Positions 23,152 to 33,526 are shown, counted from the stretch's first letter. The stretch: DNA of 64,000 nt from Candidatus Eiseniibacteriota bacterium (GCA_043810925.1 JBDRNT010000069.1:34352-98351), one strand, 5' to 3'. Numbers and translations are program-made. The notes: generated by a model not told the origin, from the sequence alone.

Positions 23152-24474
23152 CTAGCGCTCATTCTGACCTCTATCTGAGATGTCTCCCGATTGCCTACTT
23201 GGTCCAGCCTTTCTTTCTATCGGCATCGATATTCCGGCACTGAAGAGAAATGAATCTCCCCTCTTCTCGACCCTGATCCGGTGACTGTCGGAAGGCAGTG
23301 ACTTCAGGAGCAGCAGGCCTGCTTCCCTGCGGAGACGGTTATCCGCTGCAAATTCTCGCAACGAATCACCAATCTCAACAATCGGCCTGGTGGGGCTTTT
23401 CTCGCTTATCGTTACCCCCGCGAGATCTGTTTCGTGGTCTCGCCAGAGAGATGTGCTTATCTCGATCCCGTCGGGACTCTCCTCAAGGCATCCCTGGATC
23501 AGCATCTCAAGACCCATCTCGAACACCTTGCCCACGGTTTTGACTTTAGGAATGCCCGCGCAGAGATTCGTACGTAGCCTCGGGCTGTCAGCTATGTTCT
23601 TTCTTCTCAAGACCGATTCGACCATTCCGTTGAGATCCGCCAGTTCGGTCCGGCTGCTTGACCCACCTTTCGAAACGGCGAAGACCATCATCAGATCGCA
23701 TGTGTGCCTTATTGCACGGGCGAATTCCGCCAGTTGGCCCTCATCCACGCCATCCCGGCCTCCAATATCCTGGATCTCGTCTGCCCGCACCGTAATACCC
23801 GAGATCAGATCGTATGAGTCCAGCACCCCCCTTAGGTAGCTCTCTCGCTCAATCCCGGCCTTGTCATCGGCTGCATGCGCGCGGCTCGACCTCCGGACAT
23901 CATCCAGTTCGGTGAAAACGACGATTATCGCGTCAACACCCGATTCTCCCAGGAGACAGGAAATGCTCGCACCGATGGTCCGTGACATTCCATCAAGGGT
24001 CCTGATTTTTATAGAATTCCGGGCCGAGTTCTGCTTAGTCCTGAAACTCGTTCGGATGAGTGATTCAAGGTCGCCGGCCTCACTGAAGAGGCTGCTCAAC
24101 CTGACCGGGCCGGCCCCAACACCGACGGACGTACCAAGAAGGAGACGTGCCGATGAGTTCATAAGTCCCACCTCACCACCCCTGTCGACCACCATTATCC
24201 CGCTTGTGATCGACTCGATCACAGTTTCACTCAACAGCGCGTAGCGTGCGGCTTTCTTTTCCGCGGTCAAGTACAGCTCCCCAAGCTCGTTACCCTCCCT
24301 GGAGAGCTTTGATACCAGCTGTTTGAAGGTACTGACCAGACCCTCAATGTCTTTCACGTCGCCGTAGCTTGATGAGCTCTGACTCAATTGATGATCACCC
24401 CTTTGTCGATGCGTGGTCCGAGAAAGCAGGCCTCCTAAGAACGCCTGCAATGACGCAGCCAGACCCTTCCTCAT
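23152..24474 (-). CDS. PAS-domain protein with a degenerate histidine-kinase-like C-terminus (pseudo-kinase?).
   Basis: PAS-like segment (LLSETVIESITSGIMVVDRGGEVGLMNSSARLLLG). The C-terminal region resembles the HATPase_c fold but lacks clear H-, G1- and G2-boxes. The start is set at the Met giving an ATGA overlap with the upstream gene; the ORF extends to 24609. Confidence 0.4.
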   Translation of the reverse strand: MRKGLAASLQAFLGGLLSRTTHRQRGDHQLSQSSSSYGDVKDIEGLVSTFKQLVSKLSREGNELGELYLTAEKKAARYALLSETVIESITSGIMVVDRGGEVGLMNSSARLLLGTSVGVGAGPVRLSSLFSEAGDLESLIRTSFRTKQNSARNSIKIRTLDGMSRTIGASISCLLGESGVDAIIVVFTELDDVRRSSRAHAADDKAGIERESYLRGVLDSYDLISGITVRADEIQDIGGRDGVDEGQLAEFARAIRHTCDLMMVFAVSKGGSSSRTELADLNGMVESVLRRKNIADSPRLRTNLCAGIPKVKTVGKVFEMGLEMLIQGCLEESPDGIEISTSLWRDHETDLAGVTISEKSPTRPIVEIGDSLREFAADNRLRREAGLLLLKSLPSDSHRIRVEKRGDSFLFSAGISMPIERKAGPSRQSGDISDRGQNER

Positions 24475-25514
24475 TCCTGATTTTCCCATGGAAATACATA
24501 ATGGACACTGCCGTTTGCCTGGTGGTAGTGCAGCCAGGCTCCTGCGACCGGGGGAACACAGTCGATGAAACCCTCGGCCTCGAGTACCGGAATCGAGTCG
24601 GGATAGCACCCCGTTTTGTCGAAGTACTGGCCGAGTTTTCGTTCGAGGTACCGTCTTGTTCTCCCGGCATCCTGTCTGATCTCGGTTGTGTTGAGCACCG
24701 TTTGCGAGGCTGAATCGAACAGATACGTCCCGCCAAACGGGCCGTCCGGAACCCTGTCCATCAGTCCTCTGTCGACGAGCTCCTGAAGATCAGACGGGAA
24801 CCGTCCGGAACTTTCGCGAAACCGGCCCACCAGTCCCTCGAGCGCTTTTCTCATCTGTTCAAGATGAATGCTCTTGATTGAGTAAAGGGCGTTCTCTTTG
24901 ATTACACTGTTGCTGCTGGAGCGGTAGATCTCTTCCCAGAGTGTAAGCGATATGTCGATGCTCCCCGCTCTTCTGTAGGCGAATGCCGAGAAACGCCTGG
25001 CTATGTCCGGTGAATCATCGAAACGTGAGGCCATTCTGAAATAGTGGCCGGCTTTTGCGTCGTCATCCGCTGAGGTGAAGTAGAGGAATCCCAGATCGAA
25101 GGGCAGTTGCCACTGACCGGGATTGCTGACCATGCCTTTCTTAAGAAGCCGGATCCCCGCGGCCGGTTGGCCCATGTCCTGCGCCAGTACAAACGCCCCG
25201 AACCTGTATGCGCCGACGAAGTTCGGATCGAGGTCGGTTATGGTCGAGAAGATATGCTCGGCCAGCGGATAGTATTTGTCACTCCTGCGGTGCTCGCCAT
25301 AGTACTGAATCCCCTTCAGCCAGAGCAGATCGGATGCCAGTGTCCGGTAACCAAGGCTTGCGATTTGAAGAAATCGTCCCGACGGGAAGTATGTGAGCTC
25401 CTCTTCGATGTCGCCCGCGTAACGCTCGTAATTGAGGGCCACGCTCAGCCCGCAGATCGCAACCACGATCCCGATCAACGCAATCATAAGCACCAGCTTC
25501 CTGACCCTCGTCAC
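24471..25514 (-). CDS. Membrane-anchored TPR-like helical-repeat protein (possible accessory of the adjacent ABC transporter).
   Basis: N-terminal transmembrane helix and helical-repeat content. Overlaps both neighbouring genes by 4 nt. Confidence 0.45.
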   Translation of the reverse strand: MTRVRKLVLMIALIGIVVAICGLSVALNYERYAGDIEEELTYFPSGRFLQIASLGYRTLASDLLWLKGIQYYGEHRRSDKYYPLAEHIFSTITDLDPNFVGAYRFGAFVLAQDMGQPAAGIRLLKKGMVSNPGQWQLPFDLGFLYFTSADDDAKAGHYFRMASRFDDSPDIARRFSAFAYRRAGSIDISLTLWEEIYRSSSNSVIKENALYSIKSIHLEQMRKALEGLVGRFRESSGRFPSDLQELVDRGLMDRVPDGPFGGTYLFDSASQTVLNTTEIRQDAGRTRRYLERKLGQYFDKTGCYPDSIPVLEAEGFIDCVPPVAGAWLHYHQANGSVHYVFPWENQE

Positions 25515-26290
25515 TTGAACTCTCTCCTCTCGAAGACCAGGACCGCGATGATCAGGAAGGCCATCGTGTAAAGCAAAGCATATGAGCTGGCGAATGCCAC
25601 ATAGTGGAAGTCGATCGGTACGTCGTGTATCACCTTACTGCGCACGTTAAGATACTCAAGATTGGGCAGGGTGTAGTAGATCGCCCCAACAACCACTTTG
25701 ACTGAGCCCGACCCGAAGCGTGATGCGAGCTGTTTTAAGTCTGCGCTTGTGTGACCGATCAGGTACAGCAGCAAGGTGAATATGGCCCCCAGGATGGGGG
25801 AACTCAGGGTGGACATCATTACCGAGAGCGCCGTCAGAAGCAAGAGCTCCATCCATGTAAGGAATACCGCGGTCAGGATATGCGGGTGGAAGCTCCCGGC
25901 TGCGACCCAGCTTACGACAACGAGCAGGACGGTCATCATGGCCATCAGAAGACTCACCGTCGCTGTGAGACCGGCGAACTTGCCTATGATGAATTGCCAT
26001 CTGCTGACCGGCTTGGCAATCACCGTATAGATCGTCCGCCTCTCAATTTCCTTGTACACGATGCCTGTCCCGATGAGAACCGCGATCAGGAAGCTCAAGA
26101 CCGAGATGGCGGCAAGACCCATGTCCTGAGTTATGCGTTCCTGCTCCCCCAGTGACAGTGGTGCGATGATGAAACTGCTGGCCAAGATTGCGGCTCCAAA
26201 GATGACAACAGCAACAAACAGACGGTCCCGGACACCTTCTCTGAAGGTGTTACTTGCAAGAGCGACTATTTTCGGAATCACCGTGCTCAT
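25511..26290 (-). CDS. ABC-2 type transporter permease (PilI/GldF-like).
   Basis: Six predicted transmembrane segments and ABC-2 permease features. Overlaps the ATPase gene by 4 nt. Confidence 0.7.
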   Translation of the reverse strand: MSTVIPKIVALASNTFREGVRDRLFVAVVIFGAAILASSFIIAPLSLGEQERITQDMGLAAISVLSFLIAVLIGTGIVYKEIERRTIYTVIAKPVSRWQFIIGKFAGLTATVSLLMAMMTVLLVVVSWVAAGSFHPHILTAVFLTWMELLLLTALSVMMSTLSSPILGAIFTLLLYLIGHTSADLKQLASRFGSGSVKVVVGAIYYTLPNLEYLNVRSKVIHDVPIDFHYVAFASSYALLYTMAFLIIAVLVFERREFK

Positions 26291-27300
26291 CCCGTTGTTT
26301 GCAGAGCTTTCTGAGTTCGTGATTTCTCCTCCTCCGGTTGGCAGACAGGAGATTGAACCTGGCTCATGAAGTAATCCTCAAGCGTCTGTCTATGAGGGAT
26401 CACTGCAGATATCGTCGCGCCGGAGGCGAGCAGTACGCCGACGGCCCGGCTCACATCTGCATCCGGTGTGAGTGAGATCACGGTCTTGTCTCCGTGTTTC
26501 GCAACCTCTCCCAACCCGAGTACAGCAGCTTTCTCCATCTCGAGGCCATCCAGCTGAATCTCCACGCACCTTGTGCTTCCAAGACGCACTTCCGAGATAG
26601 TGGCGATTCTCAATATCTTGCCCTGGGACAATATGCCCACACGATCACAGATGATCTCTACGTCATGCAGGATGTGTGAGCTGAAGAAGACGGTCTTTCC
26701 CTGCATTTTCTGCTGAAGGATCAGGTCGCGGATCTCCCTCCTGCCGACAGGATCAAGCCCGGAAAGCGGCTCATCGAGAATTATGATATCAGGGTCGTTG
26801 ATCAGCGCCTGGGCCAGTCCTATCCGCTGCAGCATTCCCTTTGAGAACTTGGAAAGGGTCGTGTCCCTGGACTCCCAGAGCCCGGTTGCATGAAGCAACT
26901 CCTCCGCCCGGCGCCGCAGCGGTTTCTTCTTCATGCCGCAGACGCCGCCATAGAACTCCAGCAGTTCGACCGCGCTCAGGTGCTGATAGAAGTAAGGTTG
27001 TTCCGGAAGAAACCCGATTCTGCCTTTGATCCCGGCCGAGGTCGACGGTTTGCCGAAGCATGTTACGCTCCCGGCAGAAGCCCGCAGCAGGCCGAGCGCC
27101 AGCTTTACGGTCGTTGTCTTGCCCGCACCATTGGGTCCCAGGTAGCCGAAGACCTCACCCTGCTCTACCTCGAAGCTGACGGGCCCCAGTGTATACATGT
27201 GGCGCCCGATCAGACTTGACCGGAAGACCTTTGAAACGCTGTCGAACTTGAGCACGGACACGTGGATTTCCCCCAGAATTGCTGTTTGAATCCTATGCAT
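26287..27300 (-). CDS. ABC transporter ATP-binding protein (PilH/GldA-like).
   Basis: Walker A GPNGAGKTT, signature LSKGMLQRIGLA and Walker B IIILDEP. The start is set at MHRIQTAIL (27300); the ORF extends to 27414. Confidence 0.8.
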   Translation of the reverse strand: MHRIQTAILGEIHVSVLKFDSVSKVFRSSLIGRHMYTLGPVSFEVEQGEVFGYLGPNGAGKTTTVKLALGLLRASAGSVTCFGKPSTSAGIKGRIGFLPEQPYFYQHLSAVELLEFYGGVCGMKKKPLRRRAEELLHATGLWESRDTTLSKFSKGMLQRIGLAQALINDPDIIILDEPLSGLDPVGRREIRDLILQQKMQGKTVFFSSHILHDVEIICDRVGILSQGKILRIATISEVRLGSTRCVEIQLDGLEMEKAAVLGLGEVAKHGDKTVISLTPDADVSRAVGVLLASGATISAVIPHRQTLEDYFMSQVQSPVCQPEEEKSRTQKALQTTG

Positions 27301-27364
27301 ATGTTCGGCAGGTCTGGTAGATTCCTTTAGAAATTGCGGGGTACCCGGCCGGCTCCCGGGTACA

Positions 27365-27398
27365 AATAAAAAAAAGGTGGCAGCCGAAGCTGCCACCC
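27365..27398 (-). terminator. Rho-independent terminator after pilA.
   Basis: On the minus strand: GGTGGCAGC-TTCG-GCTGCCACC, a perfect 9-bp stem, followed by T8. It lies 23 nt after the pilA stop. Confidence 0.8.
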
Positions 27399-27420
27399 TT
27401 TGTCCGAAGTCCACATCCAG

Positions 27421-27843
27421 CTACATACCGGTCGTCAGTTGGAGCGTGAGCATTGCCGACTTGCCGTAACCTTTGATAACGTAGTCTGTAGTATTAGCCG
27501 GATTGGCTCCGAACACACCCTGCGAAGCGGGATCAGCATCAAACGTTGCCACTGTCGCAGCGCCCGTGAACGGATTGTCCGGATATGCAGCGTCCGGACA
27601 AAGATCCTCGATCGTATCCCCGCCGGGAGTCGTCGAGATCGCAGCGTCAGGATAAACACCGTCGCTCTGAACGGCGAAATCCTCAAACGCCAGCTGGAAA
27701 GTGTGCATGTTTGACTTGACGCTGGCCTCTTTCGCCCTATCTTGCATGCTTATGAAGTTGGGAATCGCTATCGCCGCCAGAATACCGATAATGACGACAA
27801 CGATCATCAGCTCAATCAGAGTAAAACCCTTCTGGTTGAACAT
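27421..27843 (-). CDS. pilA: Type IVa major pilin.
   Basis: Class III signal MFNQKGFTLIELMIVVVIIGILAAIAIPNF; 140 aa; GGAGGTG ribosome-binding site. Confidence 0.9.
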   Translation of the reverse strand: MFNQKGFTLIELMIVVVIIGILAAIAIPNFISMQDRAKEASVKSNMHTFQLAFEDFAVQSDGVYPDAAISTTPGGDTIEDLCPDAAYPDNPFTGAATVATFDADPASQGVFGANPANTTDYVIKGYGKSAMLTLQLTTGM

Positions 27844-27904
27844 TGTCTCTCACCTCCTTCGCTCAGGCTCAACGAGCCTTAATTGGACTCAACCTCGTCT
27901 ATAT

Positions 27905-27920
27905 AGCAATGTCCGTACCA
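27905..27920 (-). promoter_or_regulatory. Sigma54 (-24/-12) promoter for pilA.
   Basis: The minus strand reads cTGGTACggacaTTGCTatat. GG and GC sit at the canonical 10-nt spacing, with one mismatch to the TGGCAC-N5-TTGCW consensus. It lies about 65 nt upstream of the pilA ATG, and a PilR-type sigma54 activator is encoded next door. Confidence 0.6.
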
Positions 27921-28030
27921 GAAACCGAGAGTCGGCAAGTTTCTCGAAGCCCTTGAAGTTACAGCACTTCGAGCCACGGTCCCCGGCAACAAGGACACAC
28001 CACATCCCATCCGTATTGCATATCGCAACG

Positions 28031-29428
28031 CTACGAGTTGTCTTTTGCACTCTCAACCTGCTCACCTATGGTCTTGTCACAGTCGTACCGCTGGAGTTTG
28101 CGGTACAGAGTTGACGCGTTTATGCCCAAAATGTCCGCCGCCCTTTTCTTCCGCCAGCCCGTTTCCTCCAGTATCTTGAGGAGGTACTCCTTTTCGAGTT
28201 CTTCAAGCGTGAGCGTGCTGGTGGCAACTACCGAACCCCTTTTCCCGCTGGTCACGTATCTCAGCTTCTCCGGAATGTCCGTCGGAGTTATGGCATTGCC
28301 GTCCTGCAAGATCAACGCTCTCTCAAGAACGTTTTCAAGCTCGCGCACGTTGCCGGGCCAGTCGTACCTGAGAAGAACCTCAAAGGCATCCGGCGACACC
28401 GTCTTCATGGTCCTATCGGTCGCCTCGCAATAGGTATTGAGGAAATGTTCCACAAGCAGAGGGATATCGTCTTTTCTTTCCCGCAAAGGAGGAATGTGTA
28501 TCGGTATCACGTTAAGCCTGTAGAAAAGGTCCGCTCTGAACTTGCCCGTCTCGACATCCTGCTCGAGATCGGAGTTGGTCGCCGCTATAAGCCGGACATC
28601 AACCTTGATCGGTTTGATCCCGCCGACGGGTATGATCTCGCGCTCCTGCAAAACGCGGAGCAGCTTCACCTGGATGGCGGGTGAGGTCTCTCCCACCTCG
28701 TCGAGGAAGAAGGTCCCCCCTTTGGCCACTGCAAACAGACCTTCCTTGTCGCGCACGGCGCCAGTGAACGATCCCCTTACGTGGCCGAAGAGCTCGCTCT
28801 CCAGCAATGTCTCCGGCAGTGCGCCGCAGTTTATGGAGACGAATTGGCCGTCTACCCTGTTGCTCTTATAGTGGATTTCCCGTGCTATCAGCTCTTTTCC
28901 GGTTCCGCTTTCTCCTGAGATCAGAATGGTCGAATCGCTTACCGCCACCTTGTCTACAAGACCCAGGACCTGCCTAATCTTCTCACTCTTGCCTATGATC
29001 GGTCTCTGCGTGAGACTCTTCTTCAGCTCCTGCTTGAGATACCGGTTTTCCTTCTTGAGCGACCGCACCTCTATGGCCTTTTTCACCATCTGTTTGATTT
29101 CTTCGTTTCTGGCCTGCTTGAGGAGATAGGCGAACGCCCCCTTGTTCACGGCTTCGATTGCGGTCTCCATCGAAGCGTGCCCCGTCATGATGATCACGGG
29201 CACCTGGGGATCGATTTCCTTGATGGCCGTAAGGACTTCAATGCCGTTCATGCCGGGCATCTTCACGTCTGTAATCACTACGTGGAAGCTTTCCTCCTTG
29301 AATCTCTCAATCGCATCCTTGCCGCATTCACACGCCGCAACCTCGTAGCGTTCTTTCCCCAAGAGGATCTTGAGAAATTCTCTCATTCCCTCTTCGTCTT
29401 CAACCACGAGTACTCTTTCATGCCCCAT
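28031..29428 (-). CDS. pilR: Sigma54-dependent response regulator (NtrC family), PilR by context.
   Basis: REC domain (VVEDEEGMRE...DVKMPGMNG), AAA+ sigma54 activator motifs (GESGTGKE, GAFTGA-like ...GSFTGAV..., ESELFGH) and a C-terminal Fis-type helix-turn-helix. Confidence 0.8.
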   Translation of the reverse strand: MGHERVLVVEDEEGMREFLKILLGKERYEVAACECGKDAIERFKEESFHVVITDVKMPGMNGIEVLTAIKEIDPQVPVIIMTGHASMETAIEAVNKGAFAYLLKQARNEEIKQMVKKAIEVRSLKKENRYLKQELKKSLTQRPIIGKSEKIRQVLGLVDKVAVSDSTILISGESGTGKELIAREIHYKSNRVDGQFVSINCGALPETLLESELFGHVRGSFTGAVRDKEGLFAVAKGGTFFLDEVGETSPAIQVKLLRVLQEREIIPVGGIKPIKVDVRLIAATNSDLEQDVETGKFRADLFYRLNVIPIHIPPLRERKDDIPLLVEHFLNTYCEATDRTMKTVSPDAFEVLLRYDWPGNVRELENVLERALILQDGNAITPTDIPEKLRYVTSGKRGSVVATSTLTLEELEKEYLLKILEETGWRKKRAADILGINASTLYRKLQRYDCDKTIGEQVESAKDNS

Positions 29429-29434
29429 ACGAGA

Positions 29435-31159
29435 TCACTCCACTCTGGTTATTGAGGTCCCGGCAAGTCTGTCTGAAGACGCCGCTCTCGCGGAGCCATG
29501 CTCAACTGTCATTTTATCCAGAGGCAGGCATACGGTGGCAACCGTGCCGACGCCTCTCGTGCTCTCTATCTCAAGTCTGCCGCCATGGTCCTCGACGATC
29601 TTGGCAGCGATTGCAAGACCCAATCCCGTACCACTGTCTTTGCTTGTGTAGAAGGGTTCAAAGATCCGGCCCAGTTGGTCCTCGTCGATTCCCGCGCCGT
29701 TGTCTTCGAAACTGATCCGTGCATAGTCTCCGCCATGCCCGGACTTCGTGACATCCAGTCTGATGCTGACCTTTCCCGGTCCGTCCAGAGCCTCAACAGC
29801 ATTGATCGCGAGATTGTAGAAGACCTGCTTCATGGTCTCCTCATCCACCCAGGCGTCCGTGGCGGTATCTGCGACAAGATCTATAGACGTCTGGTCGTCG
29901 AAGTGCGGGTGGTTTCTCACCAGGCACACGACCTCGGCCAGGATCGAACGGAGACAGACTTCGCGGAACTTCGCAGGGCGTGAGCTCGCGAATTGCAGGA
30001 AGTAGTCTATCTTCTTCCTGAGTCTGTCAGACTCCTTTATCACGAGGTCGATTATCTTCCCATCCTCACCCTCGGGGACCAGCAGGTCCCGGAGCATCTC
30101 AATCGATCCACAGATCGAGGCCAGCGGCGTCCTGATCTCATGTGCGATACCGGCCGATAGCTCTCCCAGCGCGGCAAGTCGATCCGCGAGCCTGATCTTA
30201 TGGGCCATAGTCTTGACTTCGGTCAGATCCTGAAAGACCACGACTGCACCGCATGCGCTGCGCTCGGCCCCGCTCAAGAGAGAAACACTTATGCCGAGCG
30301 GGATTGTCCTGCCCGTGGCCGTGGTCGCAATAACTTCACCTCTGTCTTCATGTGTACCGTTTTTGACCGCGTCTACGATTTTCTTGCAGAGTTCGGGGGC
30401 GACCGCCTCCATGATGTCCCTGACGTTTCGTCCCGTAGCCTGCTCAGGACCTATCCCGAGAATTCTTGAGGCCGACTGATTAAACTCCGTGATTACACAG
30501 CCTGAATCCACGGTCACAAGCCCGCTGTTCATGCTCTCTATGATCAGGCGTGTATCCAACCTCGCCCGTTCGAGCTCGCTCGTCGTCGACCTGAGCTTTG
30601 CCCCGACAAACTTGATCCTGCGGGATACGTACCCGGCAAGTATCGCAATCAGGTAAAAGAAGGCCACCTGGAGCACGATATTGAGAACAGCGTACACCGG
30701 CCGGGTCTGAATGGCGGCTGGCCCGGGTGAACTTTGAAGGTGAGCTCTCTCGAGCAGTGACACACCTGCAAAGACTGCCGACGACAGCGTCGCCGCAACG
30801 ACGGCACCTCTACCATTGAGCAGCACGCCCGCAAGAAAGATCGTGATCAGGAAGAAGACCGCAAAGTGACTCTGGGCCCCTCCCGTGAAGTAGACAATGC
30901 CGCCCTCGACCGCAAGATCCGCTACGAGCTGTGAGTACACAAGCGGCCGCACGCCATAGCCTGACTTGAAGACAAGCCACCAGAATGCGCTGAGCGGGAA
31001 CACCACAACCAGGAGGCCCGCCACCGGAAGGCCGCTCCTGATATCAAGTCCGGCACCTGTAAGGAATGCCATCACGGACAGGGCCACGCCGATGCAGATC
31101 ACCCGCAGGATGATCATCGTCCGGCACAGACTTCGCAGATCCCGTTCTTCTACCATCAT
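29435..31159 (-). CDS. pilS: Sensor histidine kinase (membrane domain, PAS, HisKA, HATPase), PilS by context.
   Basis: Several N-terminal transmembrane helices. H-box GIAHEIRTPLASICGSIEML. G-boxes DNGAGIDE and GTGLGLAIAAKIVEDHGG. Confidence 0.75.
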   Translation of the reverse strand: MMVEERDLRSLCRTMIILRVICIGVALSVMAFLTGAGLDIRSGLPVAGLLVVVFPLSAFWWLVFKSGYGVRPLVYSQLVADLAVEGGIVYFTGGAQSHFAVFFLITIFLAGVLLNGRGAVVAATLSSAVFAGVSLLERAHLQSSPGPAAIQTRPVYAVLNIVLQVAFFYLIAILAGYVSRRIKFVGAKLRSTTSELERARLDTRLIIESMNSGLVTVDSGCVITEFNQSASRILGIGPEQATGRNVRDIMEAVAPELCKKIVDAVKNGTHEDRGEVIATTATGRTIPLGISVSLLSGAERSACGAVVVFQDLTEVKTMAHKIRLADRLAALGELSAGIAHEIRTPLASICGSIEMLRDLLVPEGEDGKIIDLVIKESDRLRKKIDYFLQFASSRPAKFREVCLRSILAEVVCLVRNHPHFDDQTSIDLVADTATDAWVDEETMKQVFYNLAINAVEALDGPGKVSIRLDVTKSGHGGDYARISFEDNGAGIDEDQLGRIFEPFYTSKDSGTGLGLAIAAKIVEDHGGRLEIESTRGVGTVATVCLPLDKMTVEHGSARAASSDRLAGTSITRVE

Positions 31160-31170
31160 TCTCCCGCGCC

Positions 31171-32391
31171 TTACTCCGCCATTATCACGCTTACTAACTT
31201 GAATATCGGAAGGTACATCGCAACGACCATACCTCCGACCACACCACCCATCATCACGATCATGATGGGCTCGATAACCGACGTCATTGCATCCACAGCA
31301 CTATCGACCTCGTCGTCGTAAAAATCGGCTACCTTGGATAGCATCTCGTCCAGGGCGCCGGTTTCCTCTCCAACCGAGATCATCTGTACTACCATCGGAG
31401 GAAAGACCCCCGATTCCCTAAGTGGGCCGGCAATCGTCTGTCCGGACGAGATGCTTGCCCGGGTTTTCACCACAGCGTTCTTTACTATCGTGTTGCCGGC
31501 TGCCTTCGCCGTTATGTCGAGCCCCTCGAGTATCGGGACACCGCTACTGACGAGTGTCCCCAACGTTCTTGTGAACCGTGCGATGGAAGCCTTGAGCAGC
31601 ACGTCACCCAGAACCGGTACGCGCAGCATCATTCTGTCAATAGCTGCCTTGCCCTTTTCAGTGGCGTAGTACTTCTTGATACCGACGACGCCTCCGACCA
31701 CCATTGCAGCGAGCAACCACCACTTGGTTCTGAGGAAGGAGCTCAGGGCCATCACGATCTTGGTCGGTGCCGGTAGTTCACCTCCGAAATCGGAGTACAT
31801 CTTTGCGAACGTTGGAATAATGAACACCAGCATGAAGGCAGTTGCCGCTATCGTTACGACAAGCACGACGCCCGGATACATCATCGCGCTTTTTACCTTG
31901 CGTTTCAGGCTGTCCATCTTCTCCAGGTAGCTCGCCAGACGCGCAAGGATCACGTCAAGCACTCCACCGGCCTCTCCCGCTTCCACCATGTTGACATAGA
32001 GATCGGTGAACACCGCCGGGTGCCGCGAAAGCGCATCGGCGAGTGTCGATCCTGCTTCTACGTCTCTCATGGTCTGGGATATCAACTTCCTGAAGTGGTC
32101 TCTCTCTGCCTGCTTCCCAAGAATGTCGAGACATTGGACAAGAGGAAGTCCTGAGTTGATCATTGTGGAGAACTGCCGTGTGAAGACCGCGAGATCCTTG
32201 GTGGAGACACCTCTCTCCCGGCTCATACCCAATCTCAGCCCCTTGGCTTTCGCCTTGGCCGAGGTCATGGTTACGCGCTTCTTCTTGAGGCTTAGTATGA
32301 GATCGGCCCTCGAACCGGCCTGCATCTCCCCGCTGATTACGTCTCCTGTTGCTGTCTTACCCTTCCAGACATACGTGGTCGCCAAGATCAA
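31171..32391 (-). CDS. pilC: Type IV pilus platform protein PilC (GspF family).
   Basis: Two T2SSF repeats and 406 aa. Typical PilC sequence (FTRQFSTMINSGLPLVQCLDIL...). Confidence 0.9.
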   Translation of the reverse strand: MILATTYVWKGKTATGDVISGEMQAGSRADLILSLKKKRVTMTSAKAKAKGLRLGMSRERGVSTKDLAVFTRQFSTMINSGLPLVQCLDILGKQAERDHFRKLISQTMRDVEAGSTLADALSRHPAVFTDLYVNMVEAGEAGGVLDVILARLASYLEKMDSLKRKVKSAMMYPGVVLVVTIAATAFMLVFIIPTFAKMYSDFGGELPAPTKIVMALSSFLRTKWWLLAAMVVGGVVGIKKYYATEKGKAAIDRMMLRVPVLGDVLLKASIARFTRTLGTLVSSGVPILEGLDITAKAAGNTIVKNAVVKTRASISSGQTIAGPLRESGVFPPMVVQMISVGEETGALDEMLSKVADFYDDEVDSAVDAMTSVIEPIMIVMMGGVVGGMVVAMYLPIFKLVSVIMAE

Positions 32392-32400
32392 CCGCCCCCT

Positions 32401-33507
32401 TTATTTGACGTAGGACCTATCCTTGGTCTTGAGATTGTCCGCGGACCTGCCCCTGGACAGCATCTGCTCCAGCTCCGCCAGGTCGGCGCTTCTGCCCATC
32501 GCATCCTCCAAGGATATCTGTCTGGTCACATAGAGCCTGTACAGTGCCTGGTTCATGGTCTGCATGCCGTACTTCTGTCCCGCCTGCATCAGTGAGTAGA
32601 TCTGGTGCACCTTCTTCTCCCGGATCAGTGCGTTTATCGCCGGAGTGCACACGAGAACCTCTGCGGCGAGGACTCTGCCCTTATCACCGAGCTTCGGTAG
32701 AAGCTGCTGCGTTATCACGCCTGTGAGTACGAATGCCAACTGGGCGAGCACCTGCCCCTGCTGATACTCCGGGAAGACATCGACGATTCTGTTGATGCTC
32801 TCGTAGGTTGAGTTGGTATGCAGGGTAGCAAGCGTCAGATGGCCGGTCTCCGCAATTGTGAGCGCTGCCGCGATCGTCTCCAGGTCCCTCATCTCACCTA
32901 TCAGGATCACATCGGGATCCTGCCTGAGGACATACTTCAGAGCGTTGGGAAAGGTGTGGGTGTCCGCCCGGACCTCTCGCTGGTTGACAATCGAATTCTT
33001 GTGTTGGTGTATGTATTCGATCGGATCCTCGATAGTGACGATATGACAGCTTCGCTCCGTGTTCACCTTGTTGATCATCGAGGCAAGTGTGGTGGACTTG
33101 CCGCATCCCGTCGGACCTGTCACCAGTATCAGGCCTTTCTGCTTTTTGGAGAAGTCGTTGACCACGGGCGGAAGCCCGAGCTCTTCGAAGCTCAGGATCT
33201 CGTATGGAATCTGCCTGAATGCCGCCGTGGTCACGCCTCTCTGGTAAAAGACGTTTGCCCTGAACCGGCTCAAGCCCTGTATCCCGAATGAAAAATCGAG
33301 CTCCAGGTCGATCTCAAACCGCTTTCGCTGTTCGTCATTCAGGATGCTGTAGATGATCTGCTTCGTCACCTCGGGCGTGAGATGCTCCGTGTCTGCCGAC
33401 ACAAGATGACCATCCACCCTGAACTGGGGAGGCAGTCCGGCAGTTATGTGCAGATCGGAAGCCCTCATCTTCACCATCTGTTCCAGCAACTCGCGTAGCA
33501 CTATCAT
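32401..33507 (-). CDS. pilT: Twitching motility ATPase PilT.
   Basis: GPTGCGKSTTLASMI Walker A, Asp/His boxes, and a C-terminal AINALIREKKVHQIYSLMQAG...GMQTMNQAL motif typical of PilT. Confidence 0.9.
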   Translation of the reverse strand: MIVLRELLEQMVKMRASDLHITAGLPPQFRVDGHLVSADTEHLTPEVTKQIIYSILNDEQRKRFEIDLELDFSFGIQGLSRFRANVFYQRGVTTAAFRQIPYEILSFEELGLPPVVNDFSKKQKGLILVTGPTGCGKSTTLASMINKVNTERSCHIVTIEDPIEYIHQHKNSIVNQREVRADTHTFPNALKYVLRQDPDVILIGEMRDLETIAAALTIAETGHLTLATLHTNSTYESINRIVDVFPEYQQGQVLAQLAFVLTGVITQQLLPKLGDKGRVLAAEVLVCTPAINALIREKKVHQIYSLMQAGQKYGMQTMNQALYRLYVTRQISLEDAMGRSADLAELEQMLSRGRSADNLKTKDRSYVK

Positions 33508-33526
33508 CTCATCTTCCTCCGGTCAC

